From Scyliorhinus canicula (lineage: Eukaryota), in contig NC_052164.1 of assembly GCF_902713615.1 (NCBI RefSeq), positions 100,663,235 through 100,727,234 on the forward strand: a stretch of 64,000 nt of DNA, given 5' to 3'. The notes beneath the pieces were generated by a model that was given only the letters and a program-made list of their open reading frames with translations, made no database searches and had not been told where the DNA came from. A program made the translations under genes and the position numbers. Within the stretch, counting starts at the first letter, position 1. The number at the start of each line of letters is the position of its first letter. Of this stretch, positions 37,145-50,329 are shown piece by piece.

Positions 37145-37562
37145 TAGGTAAGGAGGCCAAAACTCCCCACAATACTCCAAGCACGGCCTCTCCAATGCTC
37201 CACACAATTGCAGAACAACGTCTTTACTCCTGTACACAAATACTCTCACATTAAAAGCCAACATCCCATTTTCCATCTAAATTGCTTGCTGCACCTGTCA
37301 GTCAGCTTTCAGAGACTTCTGGACCAGGACAACCAGGTCCCTCTGGACATCCACACTTCTCAACCGCTCACTATTTAAGAAATACTCTGCATTTCTCTTT
37401 CTCCTATCAAAATGGATACCTTAAATTTTCCACATGGTATTCCGTCGGTCATGTTCTTGTCCACTCTCCCAGTCTGTCTAAGTCCCCCTGAAGCAGCTTT
37501 GCATCCTCCTCGCAACTCACATTCCCACCCGGTGTTGTGTCAGCAGCAAACTTGGAAATATT
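37145..37562 (-). mobile_element. CR1 ORF2 fragment
   Basis: ENGMLAFNVRVFVYRSKDVVLQLCGALERPCLEYC and ISKFAADT..LLQGDLDRLGEW. Confidence 0.8.
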
Positions 37563-38549
37563 ACAAAACACGTGTAAAATGCTGCTCCACATCACTTCCC
37601 ATTCAATATGGGACAAAGCCCAGCTCCGTACAAAGCCGACACTGTCACGTTTCACAACAACGCATTGGACTCCTGAAAAGACAAGTCAGTGTTTCCGAAA
37701 TAAGGCCTTAGGCCTAAAACCTCTGATCTCCAAGGCAACGTAACTGAGGGGTACCTCAAAGATACCCTGGTGACACCTCCCCACGGGATGTTCCCAGGTA
37801 AGATTTGCAGTGTAAAATCCTTTTGAGCAATTGCCCTGCGTTGGTAACCATGTGAAATTGTGATTTAAATCGCAAACTTCAGATGGTTCTGAAAAGGTTT
37901 CAGAAAGTTCAAAAAATTAAAACCACTTGTGGGTAACTACAAACGCTCACTGACCCCTCCTCCTGTTGGGACTCCACCAAGACCTTTAAGAAGGGACCTC
38001 TGCCACCCCCACGGCTCAGCTCCAGCTACCCCACCCCCCAACACGCACACACACCGGGTAATCCCTACCCTCACTGGACTTCCCCCCCCCCCAAGGAACT
38101 CCCTTCAACCCCCTGACTATTTCCCCCGCCCATGGGACTCCCCCACCCCCGCCAGACCCGACTCCCAACTCCCACCCCACTGTCTGCCAGTTCCCGATCC
38201 ATCCCCCCCCCCAAACCCTTCCAAGGCCCATCCGAAACCCCCCTGCCCAAAGCCCTACCCACTTACCCCACACACCTACCACCTCCCTGGCTTGTCAGAA
38301 ACCTTTAAACCTGGCTGGGCCTTTAAACCACCTGTTTTATGGGCGCTCGTGGGCTCCTTCTCCCCGATGCAGCTTTGCCTTGCCTGAATCGGAAGGTCAG
38401 GCGAGACAGGATCAGAATAACTGAAAGGTAAGAAAGTAGGAGCGGATTGGCAATCGACTCGGTGGAAGTTTAGGCCTCTCCACAGAGGCTGCCAGACCTG
38501 TGGAGTATTTCCAGCATTTTGTACGTTGGTTTCAATGCTTCGGAGTTTC

Positions 38550-38940
38550 TCTACACCTTGCTCTTTTCTTGACACTTTGCTATAACTGTAACATTATATT
38601 CTGCAGTCTCTCCTTCCTTCCCTATGTACGGTATGCATTGTTTGTACAGCATGCAAGAAACAATACTTTTCACTGTATACTAATACATGTGACAATAATA
38701 AATCAAAAATCAAAGGGCAGCACGGTGGCGCAGTGGTTAGCACTGCAGCCTCACGGCGCCGAGGTCCCAGGTTTGATCCCGGCTCTGGGTCACTGCCCGT
38801 GTGGAGTTTGCACATTCTCCCCGTGTTTGCGTGGGTTTCGCCCCCACAACCCAAAATATGTGCAAGCTAGGTGGATTGAACATGCTAAATTGCCCCTTAA
38901 TTGGAAAAATGAATAGTTTACTCTTGAAAAATTTTTTTTA
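38550..38940 (+). mobile_element. Rex1 3' UTR fragment (38550-38714) followed by a V-SINE AT-tail copy (38715-38940)
   Basis: CTATAACTGTAACATTATATTCTGCAGTCTCTCC is identical to 22894 and 49364. The SINE is flanked by AAATCAAAAATCAAA repeats. Confidence 0.85.
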
Positions 38941-40229
38941 TAGAAATAAAAATCAAAAATCAAAAAAGAAATCAAAAAGAAATCACTGAATCTGATTAAA
39001 GATTCTCCAACCAGCAACAGGTCAGTGTCCTTTTCTGTGATGTTTAACTTTCTACTTTTCATTATCATGAATTAAAAATATTCATAAAATAAAAAACAAA
39101 TAGAAGATAAAATGCTAAATATCACAGTGATTAAAAATAACAAACAATAATTTAGAGATTAAAAAATGAACTACCTTAAAGTGCACAAAAACTGGCTTGT
39201 TATTCTTTCCAATCTTCCGAGAGAGAAACAACTTATTCCCCATGACTAGGAGAGGATTCCTGCTCTTTCCTTACTTCCACAATGGTCAATCGAGGTTTGT
39301 ACCTCGAGTTCGGCAAACTCACGTGAACGAGGGTGAATGTCCAATGAGATTCAGTCTCCCACTGAGGCACAAGCCAGTGAAGAGCCTGTTAAGATGTCCC
39401 AGCCGGTGCTAAAACTGCAGCTGAACTTTCCCAGGCTCAGATTGACTCTCCACCTGTTGCTGTGCCTTCCCCACGCGCAGCAGCAAAATAAATAATAATT
39501 TGCGACTAATGGTTTCACGGAATGGCCATCTGATGATGGATGGTTGGCAGTGTTACAGATCCCTCAGCCTGTACTCTGCAATCGGCCTCACCTCATTAAC
39601 CACATTCTTCACACGCGGCTGCGCATGCCAATTTTCAGTAACATGACAACATGAGCAACTTATCCAATGATCAGATCCGGACCGCGTTCAAATCCCAATA
39701 ATTTTGCAAATGTGGATGTGCAAACTCTTGGGCAGTTGCCCAATTGCTCCAGTTTCCTGTATCCCAGTCCTTCTCTCGCATTCCCAAATATTATTCTACA
39801 CATGTCAACCGGACATCAATCAAATGCGTGCTCTGGTTATAAGAAGGAAGAATCACATTTATATATCGCCTTTCATGGCTTAAGGATTCACCAAAGAACT
39901 TCACAGCCAATGTAAGGACTTTTTATGATCACTTAGTGCAGCGATGTTGGAGCCACATCATAATTATTAACTTGGTCACAATCTAATAGTTCAGGAGGCA
40001 TGGTGAATCAAAGCTGAAATATTCTGTTGGTCTCATTATCATAGGGGGCAGGGCATGTACTAATCCAACTGCCGGAGGGCACACCAGAGAAATCCAGAGT
40101 GATACAGACTCCGCCCATTCCCCCCAACACACATCCAAGATCTGAAAACAGCAGCTGGAGAGATCACAGCTCCAAACTAACACCTAAACTCCCCGTTGGA
40201 ACATCTGCGCACCACCCAACAAAGAACAA

Positions 40230-40540
40230 TGTAATAACGCCTTCCAAGCACATGACCTCCGCTACCCAAAGAGAACAAGGGCAGCAGACACATGGGGGGA
40301 CCATCGCCTGGAAGTTCCCCTCCAAACCACACACCATCCTGACTTGGAAATATGTCACACTTCCTTCACTGTCGCTGGGTCAAAATCCTGAAAGTCTTTC
40401 CCTAACAGCACTGTGGGTGTACCTACACCACAGGGACTGCAGCGGTTCAAGATGGCAGCTCACCACCATCTTCTCAAGGGCAATCAGGGGTGGGCAATGA
40501 ACGCTGCCCTAGCCAGTGACGCCCACGTGAATGAATAAAC
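40230..40540 (+). mobile_element. CR1-clade LINE 3' end
   Basis: KFPSKPHTILTWKY. Same tail as 24960-25230. Confidence 0.8.
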
Positions 40541-40699
40541 ATTAAACCTCAGATTCCAAAGGTTATCTTCATTTGGCCCAGCTACAGGTCTTTTCTTGAT
40601 CTGATCTCTCGATGTAACATCTGAAGCTTATAATTATTTTTAAACTGTGCAATTTGCGATTATTGAAATTCTCTGAGGTCAGATTGATAAAGACAGCTG

Positions 40700-40900
40700 C
40701 AGTGGGTTAGCACAGCTGCCTGTCGGCGCCGAGGTCCCAGGTTCGATCCCGGCTCTGGGTCACTGTCCGTGTGGAGTTTGCACGTTCTCCCCGTGTGTGC
40801 GTGGGTTACGCCCCCACAACCCAAAGATGTGAATGGATTGGCCATGCTAAATTGCCCCTTAATTGGAAAAAATGAATTGGGTACGCTAAATTTTAAAAAA
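40700..40900 (+). mobile_element. V-SINE AT-tail type, 15-bp TSD with 1 mismatch
   Basis: TGATAAAGACAGCTG (40685-40699) and TGATAAAGGCAGCTG (40901-40915). Confidence 0.9.
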
Positions 40901-41379
40901 TGATAAAGGCAGCTGGATAATTTTATTCGCTCCCCTCTCTCACTCAGACTAGTTGCTGAGGACATGGCAAAGACTGACCTATGCCCCCACATGGCGATGA
41001 TGGATTGGAGAATGGTACTTAAGGAGATGGTGTTGGATATGCAATATGCATTCAAAGAATGCATGGGGGAACTGCAGCAATTGTTCATTCCTGTCTGGCA
41101 CAAAATTAAAATGCAAAAGATGGCCAAACTATGGTTTACACGAGAAATTAGTGATAATATTAAATCTAAGGAAGAGGCATACAAATTGACCAGAAAAAAA
41201 CAACAGGCCTGAGGATAGGGAGCAGTTTAAAGTTCAGCAAAGGTGGACAAAGAGATTGACTAAGGAGAGTAAAGTATGAGAGTAAGCTTGTGGGGAACAT
41301 AAAAACTGACTTAAAGTTTCTATAAGTACGTGAAGAGAAAATAATTGGTGAAGCCAAATGTAGTCAGAAACAGGGGAAT

Positions 41380-41597
41380 TCATTTATTTTTAAATTTAGA
41401 GTATCCAATTTTTTTTTTTCCCCAATTAAGGAGCAACGTAGCTGACCCTGCACACCTTTCGGGTTGTGGGGGTGAGACCCACGCGGACGCGGGGAGAATG
41501 TGCAAACTCCACACGGACAGTAACCCAGAGCCGGGACCGAACCCACGTCCTCAGAGCTGTAGGCAGCAGAGCTAACCACTGCGACACCGTGCCACCC
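41380..41597 (-). mobile_element. V-SINE AT-tail type nested in CR1
   Basis: TSD AGAAACAGGGGA at 41366-41377 and 41600-41611. Confidence 0.9.
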
Positions 41598-41949
41598 AGA
41601 GAAACAGGGGATTGTATAATGGTGAACAAAGAAATGGCTGAGCAACTAAATACACACTTTGGTTCTGTCTTCACAAAGGTGGAGACAAATGATGTACTAG
41701 AAATGTTGGGGAAGTCAGGGTTAGTGACAGAGACGAACGGAAGGAAATCAGTATGAGTAGAGAAATGGTGTTGGGCAAAGTGATGAGATTGAAGGCCGAT
41801 AAATCCCCGGAGCCTGATAATCTACATCCCAGAGTACATAAGGAAGTGGTCCGAGGAATAATGGATGCATTGGTGGACATCTTCCAAGATTTTGTAGACT
41901 CTGGAACAGTTCCTGCAGATTGGAGGGTGGCTAATGTAACCCCACTATT

Positions 41950-42140
41950 ATGAAATGAAATGAAATGAAAATCGCTTATTGTCACGAGTAGGCTTCAAAT
42001 GAAGTTACTGTGAAAAGCCCCTAGTCGCCACATTCCGGCGCCTGTTCGGGGATGCTGTTACGGGAATCGAACCGTGCTGCTGGCTTGCCTTGGTCTGCTT
42101 TAAAAGCCAGCGATTAGCCCTGTGAGCTAAACAGCCCCTG
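41950..42140 (-). mobile_element. Short alternative-head SINE nested in CR1
   Basis: (ATGAA)n tail. Reverse complement of 33275-33452. Confidence 0.85.
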
Positions 42141-42475
42141 TTAAAAAGGGAAGTAGAGAGAAAACAGGGAATTATGGACAAATCAGCCTTACGTTGGTAG
42201 TGCGGAAAATTCCAGAGTCCATTCTAAAATATTTAATAGCAGAGCACTTGGAAAACAGTGACAGAATTGGACAGAGTCTGCATGCAGTTATGAAGGGGAA
42301 ATCATGCTTCACAAATCTACTTTCAGGGTGCAACTAGGAAAGATAACGAGGGGGATCAAGTGTATGTGGTTATTTGGACTTTCAGAAGACTTTCAGCAAA
42401 GTCCCTCATAAGTGATTAGTGTGTAAAATTAAAGCGCACGGGATTGTGATGGATAGTTGGCAGACAGGAAACAGA

Positions 42476-43020
42476 GGGCGCGATTGTCCGGCCACATTTT
42501 GCCGGAAAAGCAGCTCGCCGCGGTGCAGCGTGGCCGGTGAAAGCCGGGAGACGCCGCTCCTGGGATCTACCCGGCTCGCAACGCCGCGTGAGATTCAACA
42601 CAAACTCGTGGGACGTTGTAAGGGGAATCCCACCCACAATGAGCGGGATCACATTTTGGCAAATCTGCATATTAGAGCGCGGCAGTAAGCCTTAATCTAA
42701 TGTGCAGATCCCCAAGGTACCTGAGGCTTTGAGATTCAATCCCTTCACCTCGGGGACCTCGAGCGAGCGCCATTTGATGCTGGTCCTCGTTTGTGGACAA
42801 ACAGGGACCAGACAGAAGAGCACTTGTGGGGTCTCCAAGGAGATTGGAGCCCCCCCCCCAGCTGCATGCCCTTCGGGCAGTGTGCTGCCCTGGCAGTGTC
42901 AGCCTGGTACCGTTACCTGGGTGGGTGCCAAGCTGGCCTTTCTTGCATGCATGTGCTCGGGCCAGGCTTGCTAATCGCACTCTCTCGGGAACTTTGTTCC
43001 CTTTTGGGAAGATTGTGCCC
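42476..43020. mobile_element. PIF/Harbinger-type MITE nested in CR1
   Basis: TIRs GGGCGCGATTGTCC / GGAAGATTGTGCCC, 3-bp flanks AGA / AAA. Removal restores the CR1 sequence GACAGGAAACA-AGAGTAGGAATAAA. Confidence 0.8.
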
Positions 43021-44424
43021 AAAGAGTAGGAATAAACGGGCTTTTTCCAAGTGGCAGGGAGTGACCAGTGGGGTACCCCAGGGATCAGTGCCAGGACCCC
43101 AACTATTCACAATACACATTAATGATTTAGATGAGGGAACAAAATGTAATATCTCCAGATTTGCAGGTGAAACAGAGCTGGGTGGGAGGGAGAGCTGTGA
43201 GGAGGATGCAGAGATGCTTCAGTGTGAGTTTGACAATTTGAGTGAGTGGGGAAATGTATGGCAGATGCAGTGTAATGTGGAGAAATGAGAGGTTATCCAC
43301 TTTGGTGGTAAAACAGGAAGGCAGATTATTATCTGAATGGCTATAGATTTAGAAGGGGAAAGTGCAATGAGACCAGGGTGTCCTCGTACACCAGTCGCTG
43401 AAAGTAAGCGTGCAGGTGCAACAGGCGGTAAAGAAGGCAAATGGTGTGTTGGTCTTCATAGTGAAGATTCGAGTGCAGGAGCAGGAATGTCTGGAATATG
43501 TTATGCAATTTTTGTCCCCTTATCTAAGGAATGAGGTGCTCATGGTAGACGGAGTGGAGGGAAGGTTTACCAGACTGATTCCTGGGATGGCGGGACTGAC
43601 GTATGAGGAGAGATTGAGTTGGTTCGGATTGTATTCGCTGGGGTTTGGAAGAATGAGGGGGGCTCTCATAGAAACCTATAAAATTCTGACAGGACTAGAC
43701 AGGGTAGATACAGAAAGAATGTTGCCGATGACGGGAGTCCAGCGCCAGGGGTCACAGTTGAAGGATCCGGGATAGACCATTAAGGACAGAGATGAGGAGA
43801 AAAAATGTCTTCACCTGGAGAGTGGTGAGCCTGTGAAAATCAGCACACAGAAAGCATTTGAAGCCAAAGCATTGCATATGTTCAGGAAGGAGTTTGATAT
43901 ATGCCTTGGGGCTAAAGGGATCAAAGGATATGGGGGGATAGTGGGAGCAGGTTACTGAGTTGGATGATCAGCCATGATCATAATGAATGGTGTAGCAGGC
44001 TCGAAGGGCCCAAGGACCTACTCCTGTTCCTATTTTCTATGTTCCATTTTTTGGTGCCTTTAATGCTATATAACATTCCAAGATGTTTCACAGGAGCATT
44101 GCCAAATGATGAGCCACATAAGGACATACTATGACAGGTATGGGAAAGGTGTGAGGGATTGTCTTAATGGAGTATATTTTGGGGCAGATCCTGTGCTGAG
44201 GGAGTGGAACACCACGGAGAACACCAAATGATAAAAAGAAAGACTTGCATTTTTATAGCACCTTTCACCACCACAGGGCCTGCTGAACTGTTTTGCAACA
44301 CCATTTGAATTGTAGAGAACTGGTGGAAACAGGAAAACTTGCGCACTGCAAGTCCCACAAACAATAACGTGATAATGAATGACCCGAATAATCTGTAGTT
44401 CAGTGTTTGTTTAATTAGCATATG

Positions 44425-46637
44425 GGATATGGGCATCGCTGGCTAGGCCAACATTTATTATCCGACCCTATTTGCACTGGAGAAGATGGTGGAGAGCTAC
44501 ATTGTTGAACCGTTGCAATTCTTGTAAGAACAAAGAACAAAGAACAGTACAGCACAGGAACAAGCCCTTCGGCCCTCCAAGCCTGTACTGACCATGCTGC
44601 CCGTCTAAACTAAAATCTTCTGCACTTCCGGGGTCCGTATCCCTCTATTCCCATCCTATTCATGTATTTGTCAAGATGCCCCTCTCGCTAATACGTCCAT
44701 TTGCTTCCAAATGGGGGTAGATCCTGTCTCGAAGAATTCTCTCCAGTAATTTCCCTACCACTGACGTAAGGCTCACCGGCCTGTAGTTCCCTGGATTATC
44801 CTTGCTACCCTTCTTAAACAAAGGAACAACATTGGTGATCCTCCAGTCCTCCGGGACATCACCTGAAGACAGTGAGGATCCAAAGATTTCTGTCAAGGCC
44901 TCAGCAATTTCCTCTCTAGCCTCCTTCAGTATTCTGGGGTAGATCCCACCAGGCCCTGGGGACTTATCTATCTTAATATTTTTCAAGACGCCCAACACCT
45001 CGTCTTTTTGGATCTCAATGTAACCCAGTCTATCTACACACCCTTCTCCAGACTCAACATCCATCAATTCCTTCTCTTTGGTGAATGCTGATGCAAAGTA
45101 TTCATTTAATACCTCGCCCATTTCCTCTGGCTCCACACAGAGATTCCCTCTCCTGTCCTTCAGTGGGCCAACCTTTCCCTGGCTACCCTCTTGCTTTTTA
45201 TGTACATGTAAAAAGCCTTGGGATTTTCCTTAACCCTATTTGCCAATGACTTTTCGTGAGTCCTTTTAGCCCTCTTGACTCCTTGCTTAAGTTCCTTCCT
45301 ACTTTCCTTATATTCCACACAGGCTTTGTCTGTTCCCAGCCTCTAGCCCTGACAAATGCCTCCTTTTTCTTTTTGATGAGGCCTACAATATCTATCGTTA
45401 TCCAAGGTTCCTGAAATTTGCCATATGTATCCTTCTTCCGGCAGGAACATGCCGGTCCTGAATTACATTCAACTGACATTTGAAAGCCTCCCACATGTCA
45501 GATGTTGATTTACCCTCAAACATTCGCCCCCAATCTAGGTTCTTCAGTTCCTGCCTAATATTGTTATAATTAGCCTTCCCCCCAATTTAGCACATTCACC
45601 CTAGGATCACTTTTATCCTTGTCCACCAGCACTTTAAAACTTACTGAATTGTGGTTACTGTTCCCAAAATGCTTCCCTACTGAAACTTCTACCACCTGGC
45701 CAGGTTCATTCCCCAATACCAGGTCCAGTATTGCCCCTCTGCTTTGGTCCAATATGGTCTATAGTCCAACGAGGGAAGGGGCTGTAATGGACCTGGTATT
45801 GGGGAATGAGCCCGGCCAGGTGGTAGAAGTTTCAGTAGGGGAACGTTTCGAGAACAGTGACCACAATTCAGTAAGTAAGGTAGGTACAAACTGTGCGCTT
45901 AGGGAGGGAGTTCCAGGTTTTTGACCCAGTCACAGTGAAGGAACGGTGATATGGTTCCAAGTCAGGACAGTGAGTAACGTGGAGGTGTTCACATGTCTCT
46001 GCCCTTGTCCTTCGAGGTGGCAGAGGTTACAGGTTTGGAAGATGACAGTGAAAGCGCCTGAGTGTTCTCCTGCAGTGCATCTTATAGATGGTACACACGG
46101 CTGCCACTGTGCGTCGGTGGTGGAGGGAGTGTATGTTTGTGGATGGGATGGCAATCAAATGGGCTGCTATATCCTGGATGGTGTCATGCTTCTTGTGTGC
46201 TGTTGGAGCTGCACTCACCCAGGCAAGTGGAGAGTCTCCCATCACACTGCTGGCTTGTGCTTTGTAGATGGTGGACAGGCTTTGGGGAGTCAGGAGGGGA
46301 GTTACCCACTGCAGAATTCCAAATCTCTGGCCTGCTCTGAGAGCCACAGTATTAATGTGGCTAGTCCAATTCAATTTCTGGGTCAATGGTAAGCTCCAAA
46401 ATGTTGATAGTAGGAGATTCAGTGATGTTAACGCTATTGAATGTCAAGGGGCATTGGATAAATCCTCTCATTGGAGATGGTCGTTGCCTGGCACTTGTGT
46501 GCCACTTATCAGCCTGAACCTGGATATTGTCCAGGTCTTGCTGCATTTGGACATGGACTGTTTCAGTATCTGAGGAGTGGTGAATGGTGCTGAACATTGT
46601 GCAGTCATCAGTGAACATCTCCACTTCTGACCTCATT
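44425..46637 (-). mobile_element. CR1-clade LINE (HSLHHRRTV family) split into 44425-44525 and 45878-46637
   Basis: MFTDDCTMF, QKLNWTSHINTVALRAGQ, IHSLHHRRTVAAVCTIYKMHC. Confidence 0.85.
44527..45877 (-). mobile_element. CR1 with an internal deletion of the RT core and a 5' fold-back inversion
   Basis: The 3' end matches 725-880 and is fused near 44680 to HLEANGRISER. KSPGPGGIYPRILKE and GNYRPVSLTSVVGKLLE are present. Inverted duplicate at 45778-45877. Confidence 0.9.
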
Positions 46638-46721
46638 AAAATCTAACACAAATTGCTGATAATTGAAGGGTAGACATTCGAGCATCTTTTCAAGCCGAAG
46701 TAAAGTAAAAAAAAAAACAAG

Positions 46722-46794
46722 GGGCGGGATTCTCTGCCAGAGGGATTCTCTGTTGTGCTGGTAGAGCACCCGCGCCCCCCGTGTTTCTCGACAG

Positions 46795-46865
<71 letters not shown>

Positions 46866-46920
46866 GGTGGCTACAATGGGAAATCCCATTGGCCGGTGGC
46901 GGGAATGGAGAATCCCGCTG
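46722..46920. mobile_element. Short Harbinger-type MITE containing G69 (46796-46864)
   Basis: GGGCGGGATTCTCT ... GGAGAATCCCGCT. The right boundary is uncertain. Confidence 0.6.
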
Positions 46921-47203
46921 CCGGCGAGGGTTGGGTGCCCAGGAAAATGCATATGTTCCCATATGTCCTCAGGCCTGATGGATTGCATCATAGAATATTA
47001 AAGGAAGTAGCTACAGAGGGACTGTGGTAATCTTCCAAGAATCCTTAAATTCTGGGAAAGTTCCAGAGAATTGGAAAACAGCCAATGTAATACATTTATT
47101 CAAAAAGGAAGGAGACAAAAAGCAAATAACAAATAACAAAGGCCAGTTAACTTAACTTCTGTCATCGTCAAAATGTTAGAGTCCATTATAAAGGATATAA
47201 TAA

Positions 47204-47425
47204 TGGGCAACGCGGTGGCGCAGTGGGTTAGCCCTGCTGCCTCACGGCGCTGAGGTCCTGGGTTCAATCCCGGCTCTGGGTCACTGTCCGTGTGGAGTTT
47301 GCCCCCTGTCTGCGTGTGTCTCACCCCCACAACCCAAAGATGTTCAGGGTAGGTGGATTGGCCATGCTAAATTGCCCCTTAATTGTAAAAGAAAGAATTG
47401 GGTACTCTAAATTATTATTTTAAAT
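47204..47425 (+). mobile_element. V-SINE AT-tail type nested in CR1
   Basis: GGGCAACGCGGTGGCGCAGTGGGTTAG...AATTGGGTACTCTAAATT. Confidence 0.9.
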
Positions 47426-47854
47426 AAATAGAGGATTGGCTAATTGATAGAAGACAGAGAGTTGGCATTAGAGGAGATTTATCAGGATGGCAACCTGTAA
47501 CTAATGGAGTGCCACAGGGATCAGTCCTGGGGCCACAATTATTCACAATATGTATTAATGACTTGGACAATAGGGACACAGTGAAGTGAACACACCGTTG
47601 CCAAGTTTGCGGCTGACACAAAAATAGATGGGAAGTCAGATGGTGAGGATAACACAAGAGTTTACAGAGGGATATAGACAGGTTAGGTGAGTGGGCAAAA
47701 ACTTGGCAGATGGAATATAATGTAGGTAAAGGTGAAGTTATGCACTTTGGTAGGAAGAATAAAGGAGCTGAATATTATTTAAATGGGGAAAGACTGCAGA
47801 AAGCTGCAGCACAGAGATGTGATGAATGTATTAAATTGTTATACATTATATTTT

Positions 47855-49493
47855 GTGCCGTCTATGGCAAGGCCTGCAAGACATAACGGGCTACAAGAAG
47901 AAGGCATGTAAAATCTCCAGCTCCAACACACCCTTCCCTGATGAGCTCAATGCATTCTATGCCCGTTTTGAGAAAGAGGTCAGCAAGAGCGAGCCCTCCA
48001 CCCCAGAAACTGCGGATGAACTTGTATCTGAGATCACCACTGCAGACGCCAGAGCAGCCTTCTCGAAGGTCAACCCATGGAAAGCCACTGGGCCAGATGA
48101 GCACTCAGGTCTTGTGTGGATCAGCTGCATCATCCATCATCCCTGTACCAAAGAAAAGCCAAGCAGTGTGCCTTAATGACTATCGTCCAGTGGCTCTGAC
48201 ATCCATCATCATGATGTGCTTCGAAAGGTTAGTCATGGCACAAATCAACTCCAGCCTCCCGGTTGCCTTGATCCATTACAGATTGCCTACCACTGCAACA
48301 GATCCACAGCAGATGGCGCCTCCATGGCCCTGCACTCTACCCTGGAACACCTAGATAACAAAGACACCTATGTCAGACTCCTATTTATCGACTACAGCTC
48401 AGCCTTCAACACCATCATTCCTACGAAACTCATCTCCAAACTCCGTGGCCTTGGCTTCGGCTCCTCCCTCTGTGACTGGATCCTGAACTTTCTAACCCAC
48501 AGGCCACAATCAGTAAAGATAGGCAATAACACCTCCTCCACGATCATCCTCAACACCGGTGTCCCACAAGGCTGTGTCCTCAGCCCCCTACTATACTCCT
48601 TATACACCTATAACTGTGTGGCCAAATTCCCCTCCAACTTGATTTTCAAATTTGCTGATGACACCACCGTAGCGGGTCGGATTTCAAACAATGACGAGAC
48701 AGAGTACAGGAATGAGATAGAGAATCTGGTGAACTGGTGCAACGACAATAATCTCTCCCTCAATGTCAACAAAATGAAGGAGATTGTCATCGACTTTAGG
48801 AAGCGTAGTGGAGAACATGCCCCTGTCTACATCAATGGGAATGAAGTAGAAAGGGTTGAGAGCTTCAAGTTTTTAGGTGTACAGATCACCAACAACCTGT
48901 CCTGGTCCCCCCATGCCGACACTATAGTTAAGAAAGCCCACCAACGACTCTACTTTCTCAGAAGACTAAGGAAATTTGGCATGTCAGCTGTGACCCTCAC
49001 CATCTTCTACAGATGCACCATAGAAAGCATTCTTTCTGGTTGTATCACAGCTTGGTATGGATCCTGCTCTGCCGAAGACCGCAGGAAACTACAAAAGGTT
49101 GTGAATGTAGCCCAGTCCATCACACAAACCAGCCTTCCATCCATTGACTTTATCTATAATTCCCGCTGCCTCAGAAAGGCAGCCAGCATAATTAAGGCCC
49201 CACGCACCCCGGACATACTCTCTTCCACCTTCTTCCGTCAGGAAAAATATACCAAAGTTTGAAGTCACGTACCAACCGACTCAAGAACAGCTTCTTCCCT
49301 ACTGCCATCAGACTTTTGAATTGACCGACCTCGTATTAAGTTGACCTTTTCTCTACATCTTGCTATAACTGTAACATTATATTCTGCAGTCTCTCCTTCC
49401 TTCTCTATGTACGGTATGCATTGTTTGTACAGCATGCAAGAAACAATACTTTTCACTGTAATACATGTGTCAATAAAAAATGAAATAAAAAAA
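47855..49493 (+). mobile_element. Rex1/Babar-type retrotransposon, second copy, 348-codon open RT/C-terminal frame (48216-49262)
   Basis: [36 protein letters not shown]. Collinear with and highly similar to 21240-23035. Confidence 0.92.
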
Positions 49494-50329
49494 TCAGTAA
49501 TGTAGTTAGAAACCTTGGTTTGAGACCCATACAGGATGTGGGGTCATAGAATCCCTGCAATGCAGAAGGAAGCCATTTGGCCCATCAAGTCTGCACTGAC
49601 CCTCTGAAAGAGCACCCCACCCTCATCCATAAATCACAAAAAAACTAGCATGCAAGTTCAGCAGGTAGTTGCCAAGGCAAATGGAACGTTGGCCTTTATT
49701 TCAAAGGGAATGGAGTAGAGAAATAGGGACGTCTTGCTAAAACTACGCAAGGCAATAGTTAGACCATGGCTGAAATACTGTGAATAGACTTGGTCTCCTT
49801 ATCTAAGGAAAGATAGACTGGCATTGGAGACAGTCCAGAGAAGGTTCATGAGATTAATCCCGATATGGAAAGATTTTCTTATGAGGAGAGGTTGAGTAGG
49901 TTGGGCCTGTACTCGTTGGGAGTTGAGAAGAACGAGAGGTGACCATATTAAGACATATAGGATAGTCAGGGGGCTTGACAGGGTCGATGCTGAGAGGTTG
50001 TTTCCCCTTGTGCGAGAGTCGAGGACCAGAGGACATAATCTCAGAGTAAGGAGTCACTCATTGAAGACAGAGATGAGGAGTTTCTTCTCTCAGAGGGGAG
50101 TGAATCTGTGGAATTCTTTACCGCAGAGAGCTGTAGAGGCCGGGTCGTTAAGTATGTTCAAGGCTGAGATGGAGAGACTTTTAATCAGTAAGGGAATCAA
50201 GGATTATGGGGATGAGGTGGGAAAGTGGAATTGAGGATTATCACATTAGCCATGATCCATTGAATGGTGGAGCAATTGGGGGGGCTGTGTGGCCTACTAT
50301 TGCTCCTAGATTTGATGGTCATTTGGAAA

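Larger units (their letters stand above)
40960..44043 (+). mobile_element. Decayed CR1 LINE, most of ORF2, with three nested insertions
   Basis: LKADKSPEPDNLHPRVHKEV, VPADWRVANVTPL, VTSGVPQGSVPGPQLFTIHINDLD, RFTRLIPGMAGLTYEERL. 3' tail CCTACTCCTGTTCCTATTTTCTATG. Confidence 0.9.
46960..50320 (+). mobile_element. CR1 ORF2 and 3' end split into about 46960-47820 and 49620-50320
   Basis: PDGLHHRILKEVATE and [15 protein letters not shown], resuming MQVQQVVAKANGTLAFI and FSQRGVNLWNSLPQRAVEAG. Confidence 0.85.

Noticed and set aside
48216-49262. Functional reverse transcriptase gene
   Set aside because: The element is 5'-truncated, has upstream deletions and frameshifts, and lacks the endonuclease and a true start.
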